A DNA stretch of 64,000 nt, from assembly GCA_047495785.1 (NCBI GenBank), contig JBLDXI010000009.1, forward strand, positions 3,968,001 to 4,032,000, in the 5' to 3' direction. Below are positions 23,780 through 38,100 of this stretch, in pieces; the first letter of the stretch is position 1, and every line of letters starts with the position of its first letter. The position numbers and the translations under genes are program-made. The notes under the pieces were generated by a model. That model was not told the origin of the DNA, made no database searches, and saw only the letters and a list, made by a program, of their open reading frames with translations. This DNA is from Lepidodermella squamata (taxonomy: Eukaryota; Animalia; Gastrotricha).

Positions 23780-26619
23780 ATGACGAGTTTCATCATTAAG
23801 CAAATGGTTGGCAGCAAGTTGGATTCCGTAAAAGGTACCCGTAATTCGTAAAACAAAACAAAACTACGTGAACCCCCTGTTACTGTGTTAATTTTATATT
23901 ATAACATTTAAATATTGTGGATTTTACACTTCATTTAGCTGATTAATTTTAATTTCCAACGCGCAAATTCGATAGACTTTTTTACACATATACATAGTTG
24001 AATTCTCTCATCGTGTCACCCTAGTTCTAGTTCCAAACAGCACCAAGTGAACTCTTCTAAAAACTGTAGAAAACAAAAGCTAAAAAAATTACTAGGTCCT
24101 GTTTAAAAAGTCAAATTTTCATTTTAAGTTCACCTAATACCCATTATTCAACTGTCTAATGTCACCTTAATTTCCTGTAATTAATTTGCACAGACGCTGG
24201 AGCTGGTAAGACTAATATACTATAAGTACCTGTCATGTCCTGAATTGCGTTCTCGAAAAGAATTTGAAAATCAAAATCCCGAAAAACTTTCATGTTTTGA
24301 AGACGATTAATTTTCACTGAAAAAAAATAATTTGCGAAATGACTAGACCCCACCCGTTAGGTGGTTTGATATGCAGTTTAAGTTATGATTATTTATTTCA
24401 ATAATAGCGTGCATTTGTGTGATAATGAATTTTCATTTTTTATATCATTTTCGTAAAATGCGTGCCGTGCTCGACTATATAATAAAGTGTGAAAAATCAA
24501 GATTATAATATAAATCGAAAATTCTGCCTAAATTTTAGGATCGCTATATAGGATAAAAGGCTGTCGGCTTCAAAATTGATTTGCAATTTTATGGCGGCTT
24601 GTTTTGATACATTTTTCTAGGGGCATTTTTTTTCTTCATATATTCATTTTTTCATCTGCCTGAGATGTGGAATTTATCGTAAAAAAACAACTGCATTTTT
24701 TTGCGCGCTGAAATCACGCAATATGCGATAAAAAATTAATCGCACGCACAGGAAAAAAGCGTCGCAAGTGCGCGCGCTCAAAAAATCTAGTATTTCTGTT
24801 ATAATTAGTAATGAATTGCCAGTAATTTATTTCTCCTATGATTTTTCTTATAATTTTGAGAGCTCGATTGCAATTAGTCGTTTTCAGTTCATATTTTTTC
24901 ATTGCTAGGATCAAAAATGATAGAAAAATCATGTTTTTTCCCCCGATCTCTCCCATTCCACTAATCATTTTCAATTAAATATTGGTATTTTTGATTTTTT
25001 GCGTGCTTTTTAATTCGAACCTGTGACCTTGTGTAACTAACTAACCGTCGATGATGTGTTTAACAACTTGAAACAAAAAGACTCGTTTTATATGTGTAGA
25101 GGCATCGGAATTGTACAATTTAAATTTTATCACCACCACGCTAAGTTAATCCCACTCTACTACTACTACTACTACTAATCTTGTTTGGTGTTTGGTGTGT
25201 CCGCAATCACAACCGTGAAATATGATGTTCGCATCACTCACAGGTGCTGTTGGCGGCGACGGCAAGGAAGGCGGCGAGGAGGCGGCCGCCGGCGGTGAGG
25301 ATCCCGAGTTGGCCGAACAGCGCCGGCTCGAGGAAGAGGCGCGCCAGGAGAAGCACCGCAAGGCCGAGGAGGAGCGCGAGAAAATGCGCGCCGGAATCCG
25401 TGAAAAAGTTAGTGAAAACACATTTCTTTGGCAATTTTCACCCTTAACATTTTTACAATTGTTAATTTCTTTTTCCAATTTTTCCCCAACTAACAACAGT
25501 TCAAAATTCAAAAGAAGGAAGAGATCGATTACTCGAATCCTAACAGCTTAGGCCGGAGGAAAAACCCCGGCGAAGAGGGTTAATATTTTATTCAAATTTA
25601 TCACTATCGTTTTGTACCCTTGATTTGTCTTGTCTTTTGTTGTGTTATTGAACCTTTCCATTGTATAATGCTGATATAACTAATTCCTTAGGGTTGAGGC
25701 TGTAGGAACCCCTGAAAAATAGACTCCATATTCCGATAATCGAGGCAAGATTTAGATTTTAAAAGTGGCATAGGACTTGAAAGGAATATGATTCCCATCT
25801 CGCTAATATTCGAAATAGGTATCCAATGCAAAACGAGAAATTAAGGGGAATAGGATTATGTATAGGAATAGGGATAGGGATAGGGATAGGACTAGGGATA
25901 GGAGGGATAGGGATAGGGTTAATTCTAGGGACAGGAACAAGGCTAGGGATAAGAATAGGCAAAGGAATAGGAACGTGAATCAAGGGATACAAGAGCCTTA
26001 ATCCGGTTGGCTATAGTTCTAGGTTCTTTGGGATAATGTAGGTGAGCTGGTTCTAGATTCCACTTTCCCCATGCTTCGTTTTTTTGCATTTTTTTAATCA
26101 TTTTTTACGCCGTTTTTCTGTTCAAGCATGCAATCAATAGCGGTAGTTGCGCTAACGAAAAAACAAGCCTGTTAACAGTGAAGGCTAGTCCAAATTTGGT
26201 TGCCGGTAACCTCAAACTTGGAGAAATCGGTGGGGATAACAATGAGGAAGAGGACGATTATGGCTACGATAACAAAGGACTTCGCGAAAGCCAGCAGCAG
26301 AGTTGCTTCAGCTATATTTGCTGTTGCTGCGGCTTTTGAATCTTTTGAATTTTCTGGTTGAGGGAAATATCGCAACTATCGCTTTTGATGTAATTTTCCT
26401 ATATATAGTCTCGTCCTATCGATGTGCTTTCGTGTAATTGATTGAATAAATCAAATAATTTTGGTAAATTTTTTAGCACCCCCTCAAAGCGCACTATCTG
26501 GGCCTATGCCGACAAATTTGAACGAAGCGACTGATCGGCTGAAAGCGATCGGCGGTGAACTTGGTGGCAAGCTGTCAGGCGTTGCCGGCCAGGCGACCGA
26601 AAAGTGCTCCATCCAGTAA
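23780..26619 (+). CDS. cpx: Complexin with C-terminal CAAX box (exons 23780-23834, 25244-25407, 25500-25578, 26477-26619; 146 aa)
   Basis: MTSFIIKQMVGSKLDSVKG…EEARQEKHRKAEEEREKMRAGIREKFKIQKKEE (central helix)…EKCSIQ*; splice phases are consistent. Confidence 0.93.
25845..25975 (+). repeat. Degenerate (GGGATA/GGAATA)n hexamer repeat in complexin intron 3
   Basis: Runs such as GGAATAGGGATAGGGATAGGGATAGG. Confidence 0.85.
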
Positions 26620-27867
26620 CTGACACACAAACACCTCAACTACGCGGCTTCGTAATAACTGACTCGTAACTTATAAGCTAAAACAATATTACTCTCTGAA
26701 TGTGTTTTCTTTTTTTTTGAAATTAAAAAAAATTATAATAATATCGAAAAAAGGCGGGAAATTTTTCAAAACGGTGAAAAAACTGCCACAACCGTTATAT
26801 ATCATCGAGAGGCGAGAGGATAGCTCGTTACATCATATTAATCGTTTGTTTGTTAACACGCGTCTTTAGAAATGGTTGTTATAGGGGATGATGAAAGTGA
26901 GTTTGCGATTTTATTGATATTTCATTCAAGAAACGATGCGATTGGACGTAATGGAAGCTTATGTTCTTATTCTACTAATAATGAAGAAGCGCATCAGATT
27001 GTTTTCATTTCGACCCTTACCTAGCTTCATAACAGGCCTGCGCTCCCTAATATCATTGATGTTTTTCTCCCGAATTAATTAATTTGATTAATCCATCGTA
27101 ATCCTCTCAACCTGGAAAAAGGCCTTTTTATTGCGATTTTTATTAAGTCAGCTAAAAGAAATCTCGCTCTCGGCTCGATGTTATTTCTCTCTTTTTTATA
27201 ATCTCGACTCATGTTTTCTAAAAATCGGGACATACGCTGTGGTATCAACGATGGCTGTCTTAAAACACGGCCTCGTTGTACAGAAAAAATAATATTGCAT
27301 AAAATACAAGTTGTGGTTAAATTTATACCTACGAATGATAAGACCTTGGAATGATGTATGCATTTTATAGAAGATATCTCAAGGGCGCGGCTAGCTATAA
27401 TTATTCCAGTTTTAACTAATAATTAATATATCAATGTGCGCTTTACGTGTGGAAAAAAACTTGAACCTATATTAATCACGTGATTTCGATCTTCCGTTAC
27501 TAAACATTTCACTTCAAAATACCAGCTTTGAAGATGGAAAGAATGCACCGTTCACTTTATTACTATACTTGTTGCATGTTATTTCGCCCTAGATATTTAT
27601 ACATGAAAAAAAATCTTATAAACTCTGGTGTCTCGATGATGAAAAAATTCGAAAAAAAAATTAACGGATCTTACAATAAAAAGGATGAGACGAAACACGA
27701 TTCTCTGTTTTTTTATTTCCGAAGACATGCAGTTTTCAAGCAACAACGCAAAACTTCGAGTCACAACAGTTTAATAGTAAGAAATTAGGAAAATTTTGAA
27801 AAAAGAGCTATTAACAGCATGCATAAATTTTCATGATGATTGATTTTCGGAAAAATACTGCTACATT

Positions 27868-30800
27868 TTAAAACGGCGTCGGGGCTGTTCTAGGCCACAG
27901 CCTGCGGGGCATGCAACCGTGGAAACAAGCCACAGGCGCTTGGCCGTTACTTGCTGGGCTCGCCGCGTTGCCATTCTGCGCCGTGAACAGCCGCGACCTA
28001 TGCTGTTGTACGCTGTTCGCATTTTCGGGCCAATCATCGACCAGGCTGAGCCAAGTTTCCGCCCCGAACGGGATCGGGTACGCCCGGCTTGAGGTTGTTA
28101 CATCGCTGTCGCCGGAAGACGGCGCGACGCCACGTTTTCGCCTCCGGCCTTTTCGGTGGCTTGAACGGCCGGGCGTGTCCACAGCAGACGGGTCGCTATC
28201 AGCCGAAATCGAACGGTGGTAACTAGCACGGTAGTCAACATCAGCTGAAAATTTTAAAGATTAGCTATTGAAACATCTAAAAATTTCACGCCTTACTTTG
28301 ACTATCTGACGACTCTTGAGAGATGGTTGAAACGTTGAAATCAGCAGTTTTCGACAGCAAAATGTAGACTATTGACTTCAGTTGGTAAAAAATAGGCTGA
28401 GACCGATATTCTCTGACCAGCCAGCTTATTCTTTCTTCATCAGTAATCGAGTCTAGGGTAGTTTTAGCCGCGTTGTTTGCCGACGAGTGAAGCTGTTGTT
28501 CGAATAGCAACTGAACATTTTGAAAATCAGACTCCAATTGGCGAGCGCCGAATGGCGAAAATTTGACGCGGTTATCAACAATGAATTTTAGCCATTGGGT
28601 GAACAGCGAATTGACGCAATCGAAAAGCATGTATGCGGCGAAATTCGAAACAGCGGCAGGATTTTTAGGCGACATTACCATGGTTAATAGAGGTTGAGAA
28701 TATGTGTTCAAGCAACCTCGGAAGAGACCAGTTGAGTACGGGTTAGGTTGGCCGGAAAATGCCACTTCAAAACGAAAATAAATGATAAATTTTCAAAAAA
28801 ATGTAAATTGAACTAACGATAATTGACAGAAGTCTTATCATCCGGAATTTTCGACCGCTGATTTGCGGATTTTTTGCGCCAATTAGCCGTCGACCCTTGC
28901 GGCATGTTTCCAGCGAGATAAGCTGTTACATCATTACCTAATCGATCAAGGAACAAGCGGCGGTGTGTATCTGAGATTTTTTCGACGTTAGTTAACAATG
29001 CAGATAGAATGCTGATTTCGTTTGCGATTTCTGGAGATTGCGAATTAGCCTCCGATATTTCGACTTTTAGTTTGACGAGAGTAGACTTATAATGAGGTAA
29101 TAGTACCTGGAATAAGTTCATTTTTTATCTAATATTTGCCAACTATTTTCAACTTACAGCTGTATCTGATAAGATTGTCATAAAATTTGGATAGTTTTTT
29201 CTGGCTAAAAATAAGCCAGCTCGGGATGTAACGAAGTGTCGATAGAAGTCTATCAAGGAACGAAATGTAGAAAGTTTCAACCGGATAATTTGTTGCAGAG
29301 AAGACAGAGGAATTGCTTTGCTTGAAATAGAAGTTGATTTTGCGATTTCTGACCCAGCGCGGTACAAACGGGCGCCAATAGTTGTCATACACCCTGGGGC
29401 TTGCTTGTCGTCGCCGTCGACGAATGACAAGCGATCTTCTTGCATAGAATTTGAAACTGAATCTACTATTGCATTACATTGCAGTTCACTGGACCGAAGT
29501 AGAGCTGATGATAACACTAAGCCGAGCAGTTCTCGCGGGGGGCCATGTATAGCATCTAAATAATTTCGATTCGATTTACTTAAAAGATATAAAATTGATC
29601 GAACGCTTACCTCCTTCAAGAATATTGACCAATAACATACATGATTTTCTCATTTGACGCCAATTCAACGACCACTGCGCAGAATCCTTAGCTTGATAAT
29701 TCATGGCGAACAAACATCGTCCGAGAATAGCAGATTTTAAACGTCCAAAGAACCATTTTGAATAAGCAGATTCAAGGCGGTTACGAACACCGCTGTCCAC
29801 TGAATCGACCCAAATAACGCTTTTCGATCGGCGGCCATTTCTACTGCCAGTCGCCGTAGGTGGTCGCGAAGAATTAATCTCCCTAGTAGCATCCTCGATT
29901 GTTGATGTCTCGTCATCTTCGTTCATAATTGAGTCCATGCTGATTGACTTTCGCAACGATTTCTTTGAGAGGGCTTGCACAAATCCCGTAGATTGGGAAA
30001 AGCAGTCAATAAGTGATCTCGCAATCTTCACCTCGTTTTCTACCAAATAAAAGCATTCAGACTGAAATTGCTTTGCCAATAGCGTAACCGGCAGTCGTTC
30101 GTTATTCTTCTCATCTCTGAAGCTGATCGTTTCCTCTTCCGAATCGACAGAGGAGTTGTCGATTTCAGATAACCGCGATTTTTGAGTAGACGAGGTAAGG
30201 GATGGATTCAGCAAGTTTTGCAACGTCATTATCATTTTGTTGGCTATCAACTGAGCTCTAACGTCGGCAAAACAATTCAAGGCTTTCGAGAGCGTGAGGG
30301 AAGCTGAAGGTTCTAGTAGAATCGTGTATATTCCTGCCATGGATGTTGCGCATCCGTGGATCGGTAGCGTTTTAGTAAGAAGTGTAGAATCGGGAATGTT
30401 TTCTGACAATGCGGCAGATACGAAGGATTGCTTCAGCGAACCAGATTGTATGAGCTTTTCAACAGTATCAACTGATGAGACAATATTATGCAAATCTTGC
30501 AGCCCGAGGGAAACATCGATGAGGTAAGGGAGTATCCCGACCGTTTCACGGACGTATAGACGAAGCCAATACAACGAGGAAATAAGGAGGCATGCAATTT
30601 GATGTAAAATGTACTGCAGCTCTACCCTGTCCGAGAAAAGACCGCTAAGTCTGACACGCTCCGCTGACAGAGTATGAAATTTTGAACAGCTTTCCTCGAC
30701 ACTCTGCGGCACTTTCGATACGTAAGCTGTGACATTGTCGAGAGCCCTGCGGTATTGCTCGCTTTCAAGCGAATTGCCCAGCGATTGCTTAAGGCTCAAC

Positions 30801-31358
30801 TGCTTGGCGGCAGCAGTTTTCAAAGATTCAAAGAGTTCATTTACTTGTTCATAAAGGTCACTGGCTTCGCAGTGCAGAGAGTAATCATTCGAATCAGGGC
30901 TGGTGTCTGACGCCAATATCATAAATCCTAGTCAGTGAACAAAGGCAATAATAACACCCAAAACAGCCATGAAAGCTAGGCATATACATGCTGAAATATT
31001 AACATATGACATGAGTTTCGTTGATTGGTACTCAGATGTTGCATAACACACGATTCTCGCAATATCGCCAGCGAGTTGGAGATGAAATTCATTTGCTGCT
31101 TGCTTTATACTAAATCTGATCTTCATACCCTAACGAAGCTACACAATTTCTCTATTCTCAGATTCTAAATCCCACCAAATTATTGCATCTTTGTAACACT
31201 TTGCTACCATATACCTAAAGCTTAGATTTCAATATGAGAGCTCAGAAAACAAGTTCACAGTCCAGTAATAGTGAAATCACTGGTTTGCGTTCTATCTTTG
31301 CTGATGACGAGTCATCAACTTCAGCTCGGACCTCGGACACCGAAGGATTGCCAAACAT
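27868..31358 (-). CDS. CCDC142: CCDC142-like protein (multi-exon; 5' exons and start approximate)
   Basis: Chained ORFs 30922-29576, 29619-29149, 29121-28813, 28765-28286 and 28182-27868 are separated by ~50-nt introns; WLKFIVDNRVKFSPFGARQLESDF matches the CCDC142 motif W..I….FS..GA.QL..DF. Confidence 0.72.
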
Positions 31359-32091
31359 GTTTTATAGTAACGCACAATTATTAATCGTGCAGTTTGAATA
31401 TCACCATGTAACTGATTATTTTTACACGAATATTTTTATACGTCAACTCTAAATGGGTTTGGGCGGGCAGAGATATCAACGACTGCGAGAAGCTTGCTGG
31501 TTTTGCGGCCCTTGCCCTCTACGCTGAGTTCGATCTGCGGGATGGATGCTGGATGTTGTTTTTTTCTGCGTTCCTATTCCTAGCACTTCTCAGGCGTAGA
31601 AAATAATTATGCTGGCCTGGCTTCTCGTTTTGATGGATAATTTCCTTTTCCCATATTCATCATTGTTGTGTGGAAGTGCCTCGTGCCTCTTGCTGTAAAT
31701 TCCCTTCATGATCGTTTCATGGAACAAGGAACGGTCATGACTCTTCAATGTGTTTATGCCCTTCTCACTTGCCGTTTGCAGGTGCTCATGTTAATTCCAA
31801 ATGAGCGTGTTGGAGAGGTGCTGATGCGGATGTTCCGTCTGTAAAAATGTTTCCGCGGCGGGCGCGACAAGTGTACGATCATCTACGATCATCCTTCTTT
31901 CTTTATGCTGAGTTGTACTGTTGAAATCTTCGGAGTTAATAACATTTAATACTTCGACTGCCAATTCCTAATGCTAGTACTGACTGTTCTAGTTTTATTT
32001 TCATTTTGTTGACTCCAAATTACCTTTCTATTTTAGGTTGTATAAAAATACATAGGTATTAGCTTTCTCGGTTGTCGTTAGGTCTGCCTAA

Positions 32092-34473
32092 ATGGCAGAT
32101 ATTGCTCAGAAGTGGATCTGCGAAAAGTGCACTTACGAGAATTTTCCTGCAGCGACTAAATGTGTAGTTTGCGGATGCTCCGGGAGATCCGTTAGTGGTG
32201 TTGATATTTACAATCTAGCCTGTCAGCCTTCACGATCCAAATCTTCAACCAGCACTGTTCCTTCCAATGAAGATATCAAGAGATCGTCACCGCCTCCTGT
32301 TGATCAATGGGTTTGCCCAGCATGTACTCTCATGAATGGGATTTGGCTCGAAAAATGCGCGGCTTGCGATTCGGCTCGAGAGTGTCAAAATGATGAAAAT
32401 AAATCTTCCAAAACCCAAAGCGTCAAATCAAACAGTTCCAGCTCATCGCCCTCCCGACTTACTCGCCCCAGCCTCAATACTGGTGGCAACGCAGCACCAC
32501 GGCTTGCTTCTTACTTGCCGAAATGGAGATGTCCGAACTGCACGTACGATAATTTCCCCAAGTCTATGAAGTGAGTTTGCATGATTATTCAGTGAAAAAT
32601 TCAATATTTTTATAACTATAATAGATGTTCAATGTGCCAACGACCCAGATCAGCTTCAAATACTCAAGAAGCAGCTCCAGTGGCGAAAAGCGGATCCATT
32701 ATTGAGCAGGTTTCTTCTGCAGTAGGCGGCAACACCCCTGAGAGCATATCTCCTCACATATCTCCGCAAGGCTCCGTTCTCAATCTGAACGAAGCTTGCA
32801 GTAATTCTACAATAATCAACTCGAAATCACAGCAGAGTGAACTGTTGAAGTCAAGTGCGTCCAGCGCTTCCTACTCTGACGTAAGGCGTCAAATATCACC
32901 ACCTTTGCCCGCAACAGTCTCTTCCTCGTCATTATTCATCAATGCCTGCAAATCAATATGCGATGGTTCGTCTGATGAGGCAGTCAATATCTTCTTGCTT
33001 TACGGCGGCGATCCTCGTCAAAAGCTGACTGCCGTAATTTTGTTCATATTCTACTTTTTACAGCTTTTAAGCTCTCTGTATAAACAGGATGATGTTCATC
33101 AAATATTGGAGGGCGCGATGGACGACGGTTTTGTTGGCCAAACTCTTTTAGAATTAGCAGTGGCCTACAAGCGAGAGACCACAGTTCAGCTGCTTTTAAC
33201 TGCGATAGAAGCACTTCATTCACAACAGTTTGAAAGGCAGAGAAAGTCTTCAAATCAATCTTTAATGCCTCGGCGTCGCTGTGTTTTACCGTGCCAGCTG
33301 TGCCCAGATTTAGCGGGAGATGTGCGGTTTCTATTCGGCGCGGGTCTGAGGCAGGCGAAAGAAGGAGCTTTTCCTTGTTACTACTTCGCTAGGGACCCGG
33401 TCACTTTTTCTCTACCGCAAGAAATTTACTCCTTACCTGTCGCCGTGAGGAAACAGCTGCTGGAAGATATCGTCGACCAACAAGTTCAACACGAACTTGA
33501 GAGTGAGGGCGTCTTAAATTGGTGTGGCGAGGTTGTTTTTAACCTCGGAAGTCGCCTTTACGCGTTGAATAACCGTGCTGCTGGTGACTGTTTGCTCGAT
33601 TCAGTCATGCAAACAATGTGGGGCGTTATGGATCGGTCAAATGCATTGCGCCGCGCTATGGCTTCGTCTTTATACGAAGCTGAAAACGCATTCTCGCAGT
33701 GCTGGCGTAGTTACGAAACTGCGCTAAATGAGCGGCTCGGTTTCACCCTGGACGAATCTCAATGGGACTCGCTTTGGCATAAACTTCTTGATTTAGCGAG
33801 TAGTCAGGGTCAATCTCTTGAAGAACTGCATATTTTCGTCCTGGCACACGTGTTACGACGGCCAATTATCGTCTACAGCCCTAATTTTGTGAGAAGTCGC
33901 GTTTCTGGCGATAAAATTGGCGAATCGAGTTTTCAGGGCGTTTATTTGCCACTACTATGGGACCGCCAATTTTGCCATCGAAATCCGATTGCACTGGCTT
34001 ATACTTTGGGCCATTTTTCAGCCCTAGTTGCCGTCCAGTCTGAAGAGACCACGGTAGATCCGCGCGGATCCGGTGAGCGTGCTGTGTACCTGCCCCTACA
34101 AGACAGCGATGGAAAATTGTTCCCTATTCATTTTTCACCGCGAGGTCTATCGTCATCTCGTCGTTTGCTAACAGACTGGCTTGATTGCTGGAAAACATGT
34201 AGAACCAACATGTTAGTAGCCCAACAACGCCTTGACCCGCCTCCTATCGCCGTGCGCCAAATGTTGACCGATTGGCTGTCGCGATACGCTTCAACTGCTG
34301 TCGTTTCCGATCACAATAATAGCACGATTGAATCTAACGAGTCGTCCTCGCCGCTATCAGCCTCTCCGCAGTCGGTGATCAATCTTGAAAACCTGCGCCT
34401 GTCGCGTTCATCTCCACCGCCGCCGATTCAGATCATGAAAGCCAGCGATAATTTCCCGAAAAAATCCTCCTAG
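32092..34473 (+). CDS. ZRANB1: Deubiquitinase ZRANB1/Trabid (3 NZF zinc fingers, AnkUBD-like region, OTU domain)
   Basis: WICEKCTYEN, WVCPACTLMN and WRCPNCTYDN fingers; OTU catalytic motifs GDCLLDS and GHFSAL; HIFVLAHVLRRPIIVY; introns ~32572-32625 and 33034-33087. Confidence 0.95.
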
Positions 34474-35116
34474 CCTCACGCCATTCCTTGTCATGAATAT
34501 TCAAATCACAACAAATTTGCAAATCTTTGTTCATCATCATTTTTGCACTTCATTTTTTGGCCGCTCTTTTACAATTGTTATACATTTATTTTTCAGAAAC
34601 ATGTGAGTGAGATACGAGTTAGGCCAGTATTGTTAGGAACCTTTTAGAGAGCCGAAAAAAAACGAAAAAATTTCTCTCATATAAAAACAAACGCACTCTT
34701 CACTTGATTGGTCTCCTCTTCTTTCAATCTGTGTTTATCGCTGTTTAGATCAGGCCATAATCATTTCTTTAGCCACTTTGATCCTTCAGTTTTCTCTTTT
34801 CTTATTCCGATCTTTCTTTATGCAAGTCAATTGTTGGTTTTTGATTGATGAATGACTGAAAGACGAAAAGCAACGTCGTGTATCATTATCACCTGATTTG
34901 TCTTATTTTCGTTCAGGCAAATGTGTTTTATTTTTATTACATAAAAGATAATGACTTGAGTTAGAGCGCCCAGATTGAGAGAAAAATAATAACAGATTTA
35001 TTGTTATATATTGAAATTATTACTATTATACCTATGTACTGTGTATACGATAGTAAAATGAATAATGACGATTTTGGTTGTTTTTATTTTAGGAATTTTA
35101 TCTGACATAGTTTTGA

Positions 35117-38100
35117 ATGGCTGGACGTGGTGTTATGTACCAGCGGCCTGAAAACGCCCTGCGCCGCGCTGAGGAGTTTTTGGGCCTGAAAAAGGAGCAG
35201 AAGGCGTTGGTGATTCTGTACGAAATCATCCGAAAGCGCAACCAGACGTGGCAGAAATCGCACGAGGAAATCATCAAGAAGTACCTGGACCTGTGTATCA
35301 AGTTCAAAAACAGCAACTTGGCAAAGGATGGTCTCCACCAATACAAAGGTCTGTGCCAACAGGTGAACGCCAAGTCTTTCCAGGATGTTCTCCGTGGATT
35401 TCTCTCGTCGGCCGAGGAGAAGACCGAAGCTGCCCGTACCGAGTCGCATCAAGCCCTAGTCGATGTCGATGATTTGGAGGCGGTTAACACGGCCGAGAGT
35501 CTGTTGCTTCGTGCGGTTTCTGGCGAGGGCGCTCAGGACCGAACGGACCGTTCGGTTCTCCTGCCGTGGGTCAAGTTCTTGTGGGAATCTTACCGTCAGT
35601 GCCTCGAACTTCTGCGCAACAACAAAAACGTTGAGGAGCTGTACAGCTACATTGCCTTGCAAGGTAAATATTGTGTTTTTTGGTAAATATATCCAATTTC
35701 CAAAATCTGACAAAATTATAATTCACCTTTGGAAATTAGAAATAATGATGAGAGGATGGTATTTTGGAAAATTTTGTGATGGAACTGATCTAAATATCGT
35801 TAAGAATATCTTTTAGCGGAACCAACATTCAAAATTCGGCCAAAATTCTAAGAGTCGTTTTTCGAGTCAAGTTCATCAAAAGACCTTCTCATAGAAATTC
35901 CGCAAATGTTATGATAATCGATTTACCCAGATTTGGATTTTTGGAAAGAAATGAATACCCAAAAATACGGCAAATACAGTTTTGGCCGAATCAATTGTTC
36001 AAAATTCGGTCCCGCTAGAGTATGACCCGCCAGTTTTTATCAAATGTGATCTCAATTTCCTTTTTTCAATAAACCTCAATTTTCAAATCAAATTATCGCA
36101 AGTAGGAGAAAATGTTGGGCGTGGTGGTATTTATTGCGCTGGGATATTGATTCAATCCACCGACCCATTGCTTGAAATTCAAAAACTTGAATTCCCGCGT
36201 TTTATTAAGATGGAATATTTTTTTCATTGATTTTTAAATCCCGAAATTTTCTTGCGTTTTTAGCATTTGATTTACGACCATATGGGCTCATTTCCATAAT
36301 GTGATTATTTAATTTCAGCTCTGAAGTTTTGCCAAAAATACGAGCGACGAGCTGAGTTCAAGAAGCTGTGCGAATTGGTGAGAGAATCAATTTTTTAAGG
36401 TGGCTTGAAATTTTAATTGTAATTATTCCCTCAAGTTCCGCAATCATTTGTCATGGACTATCCGCATGCAACAACACTCGTTCTCGGTGCAACTGAAAGA
36501 ACCTGCGAGTTTCGAACGCCATGTCGAGGTCCGCTTTGCCGTTCTCGACGTCGCGATTGGGATGCAGCTGTGGCAAGAGGCTTTCCGCTCTATTGAAGAC
36601 ATCTTCCAGGTAGCGGCGGCCGCTGAACGCCCGTTGCTGCCATCGCGCCAGGCTCAGTACTACGAGCGTGCCGGCCACATTTTCTGGCAATCGCAGAACT
36701 TCCAATACCACGCGCTGGCCGTTCAACGGTTGTACCAGCTGACGAAAGAGGCCAAAAAGACGCTGACCGCCGACGAGTTGCAAATGCTGGCGTCTCGCGT
36801 GGTTTGCGCCACGTTATCTGTGCCAATTCTAGGCCAAGCCAACCTGCTATTCGACGCGGTAACCGAGCCTGACCAACGCGAGTTGTTGATGGAGGAGAAG
36901 GGCCGGGTTGTTGCGCGTCTCTTGTGGCTGCAAAACATGCCATCCCGCGCGCAAATGGTCAACGATTTGCAGCGTAAACAGATCCTGCAATTCGCCCACC
37001 CGAATCTATTGCCGTTGTTCAGCTGCCTTGAGACGGAATTCGACCCGTATGGTATTGTGCCGAAAATGGAGAAGTGTCTGGAATTTTTGCAGCATAACGA
37101 GCAGTTGAAGCACTACGTCAGGCCGTTGTATGAAGCCGCGGCTGTCCGTTGCATTCAACAACTGAGCCAGGTCTATGACAATTTGAGCCTCGACTCGGTT
37201 GTTTCAATGCTGAGCTTCATCGACAAATTCCGCCTTGAATACATCATTTGCAACGTTGCGAAACTGCAAAATATGAAGGTCTCCATCGACCATCAGCGTT
37301 CTCTGGTCGTTTTCAAGCCGGACAGTGGCGTTGTTGTCCCAGGCAGTGCGTCGATTGGCGGGCCTAATATCCCCAGCCCGGTTGAGACTGTGTCTCAGGG
37401 CGGAGATTTACTCATGAGCTTAGCTCAGGTTGTCAGTGATTCTACGCGTATGTTGACTGGGTCGAAGACGGACGCTGAATGGTTCGAGCGAATGAAGTAT
37501 TTCGTCTCGATCTACCACCAGAACTCGTCGAATGACTCTGCCCGCGAGGAGCTCATCGAACGCCGTCAAATTATGAATGAGCAGCGTTTACAGGTGAGAA
37601 GCAATCATTTACTTCTATTTTTATTTCAATTTACTTCAATTTTTGGAGATCGCATTCATGAGCATTATTTTGCAGCGTTACCAAGGTTTTGTTGATAAAT
37701 ATGAAATCAACCGTAACACTAGCGACGTGGCATAACCTTTTATTTTACGGTCACTTCTTCAAAAGCGCGAAAATGTCTTCTTTTAAACAAAAGAAATTAC
37801 AACTACCACATAAAGGAATATTAAGCTGCACCACTAGCTTTATTAACATTCCTTTGTTAACAGTTATTATTTTTGAAATTTAAGGTTGAAATGAATCCAA
37901 AATGAGGCTTCAATTAAAATAAGTAATGAAGTTTTTGAATTGATGAAGCGAGCTGTGAGTGCAATCAACTAATAAAAATCAGCAGAACTCGGGAAAATGA
38001 TAGATAGGAATGATTGATGGGAAAAGTTGATGTTAAGAATTGAGAATATTTTGGCTAAAGATTTTTCAAATTTCCTAAGGTTTGTAAGATCACAGTGATA

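Noticed and set aside
15494-25176. Short microsatellites ((CTGAAT)n at 15494, (CA)n ~22877, (TAC)n ~23752 and ~25158)
   Set aside because: Ordinary simple repeats with no sign of function.
25759-25992. Pro-Ile repeat ORF
   Set aside because: Translation of the intronic (GGGATA)n repeat.
33034-33087. Hydrophobic TM-like segment VILFIFYFLQLL in ZRANB1
   Set aside because: It is a 54-nt in-frame GT-AG intron; there is no evidence for retention.
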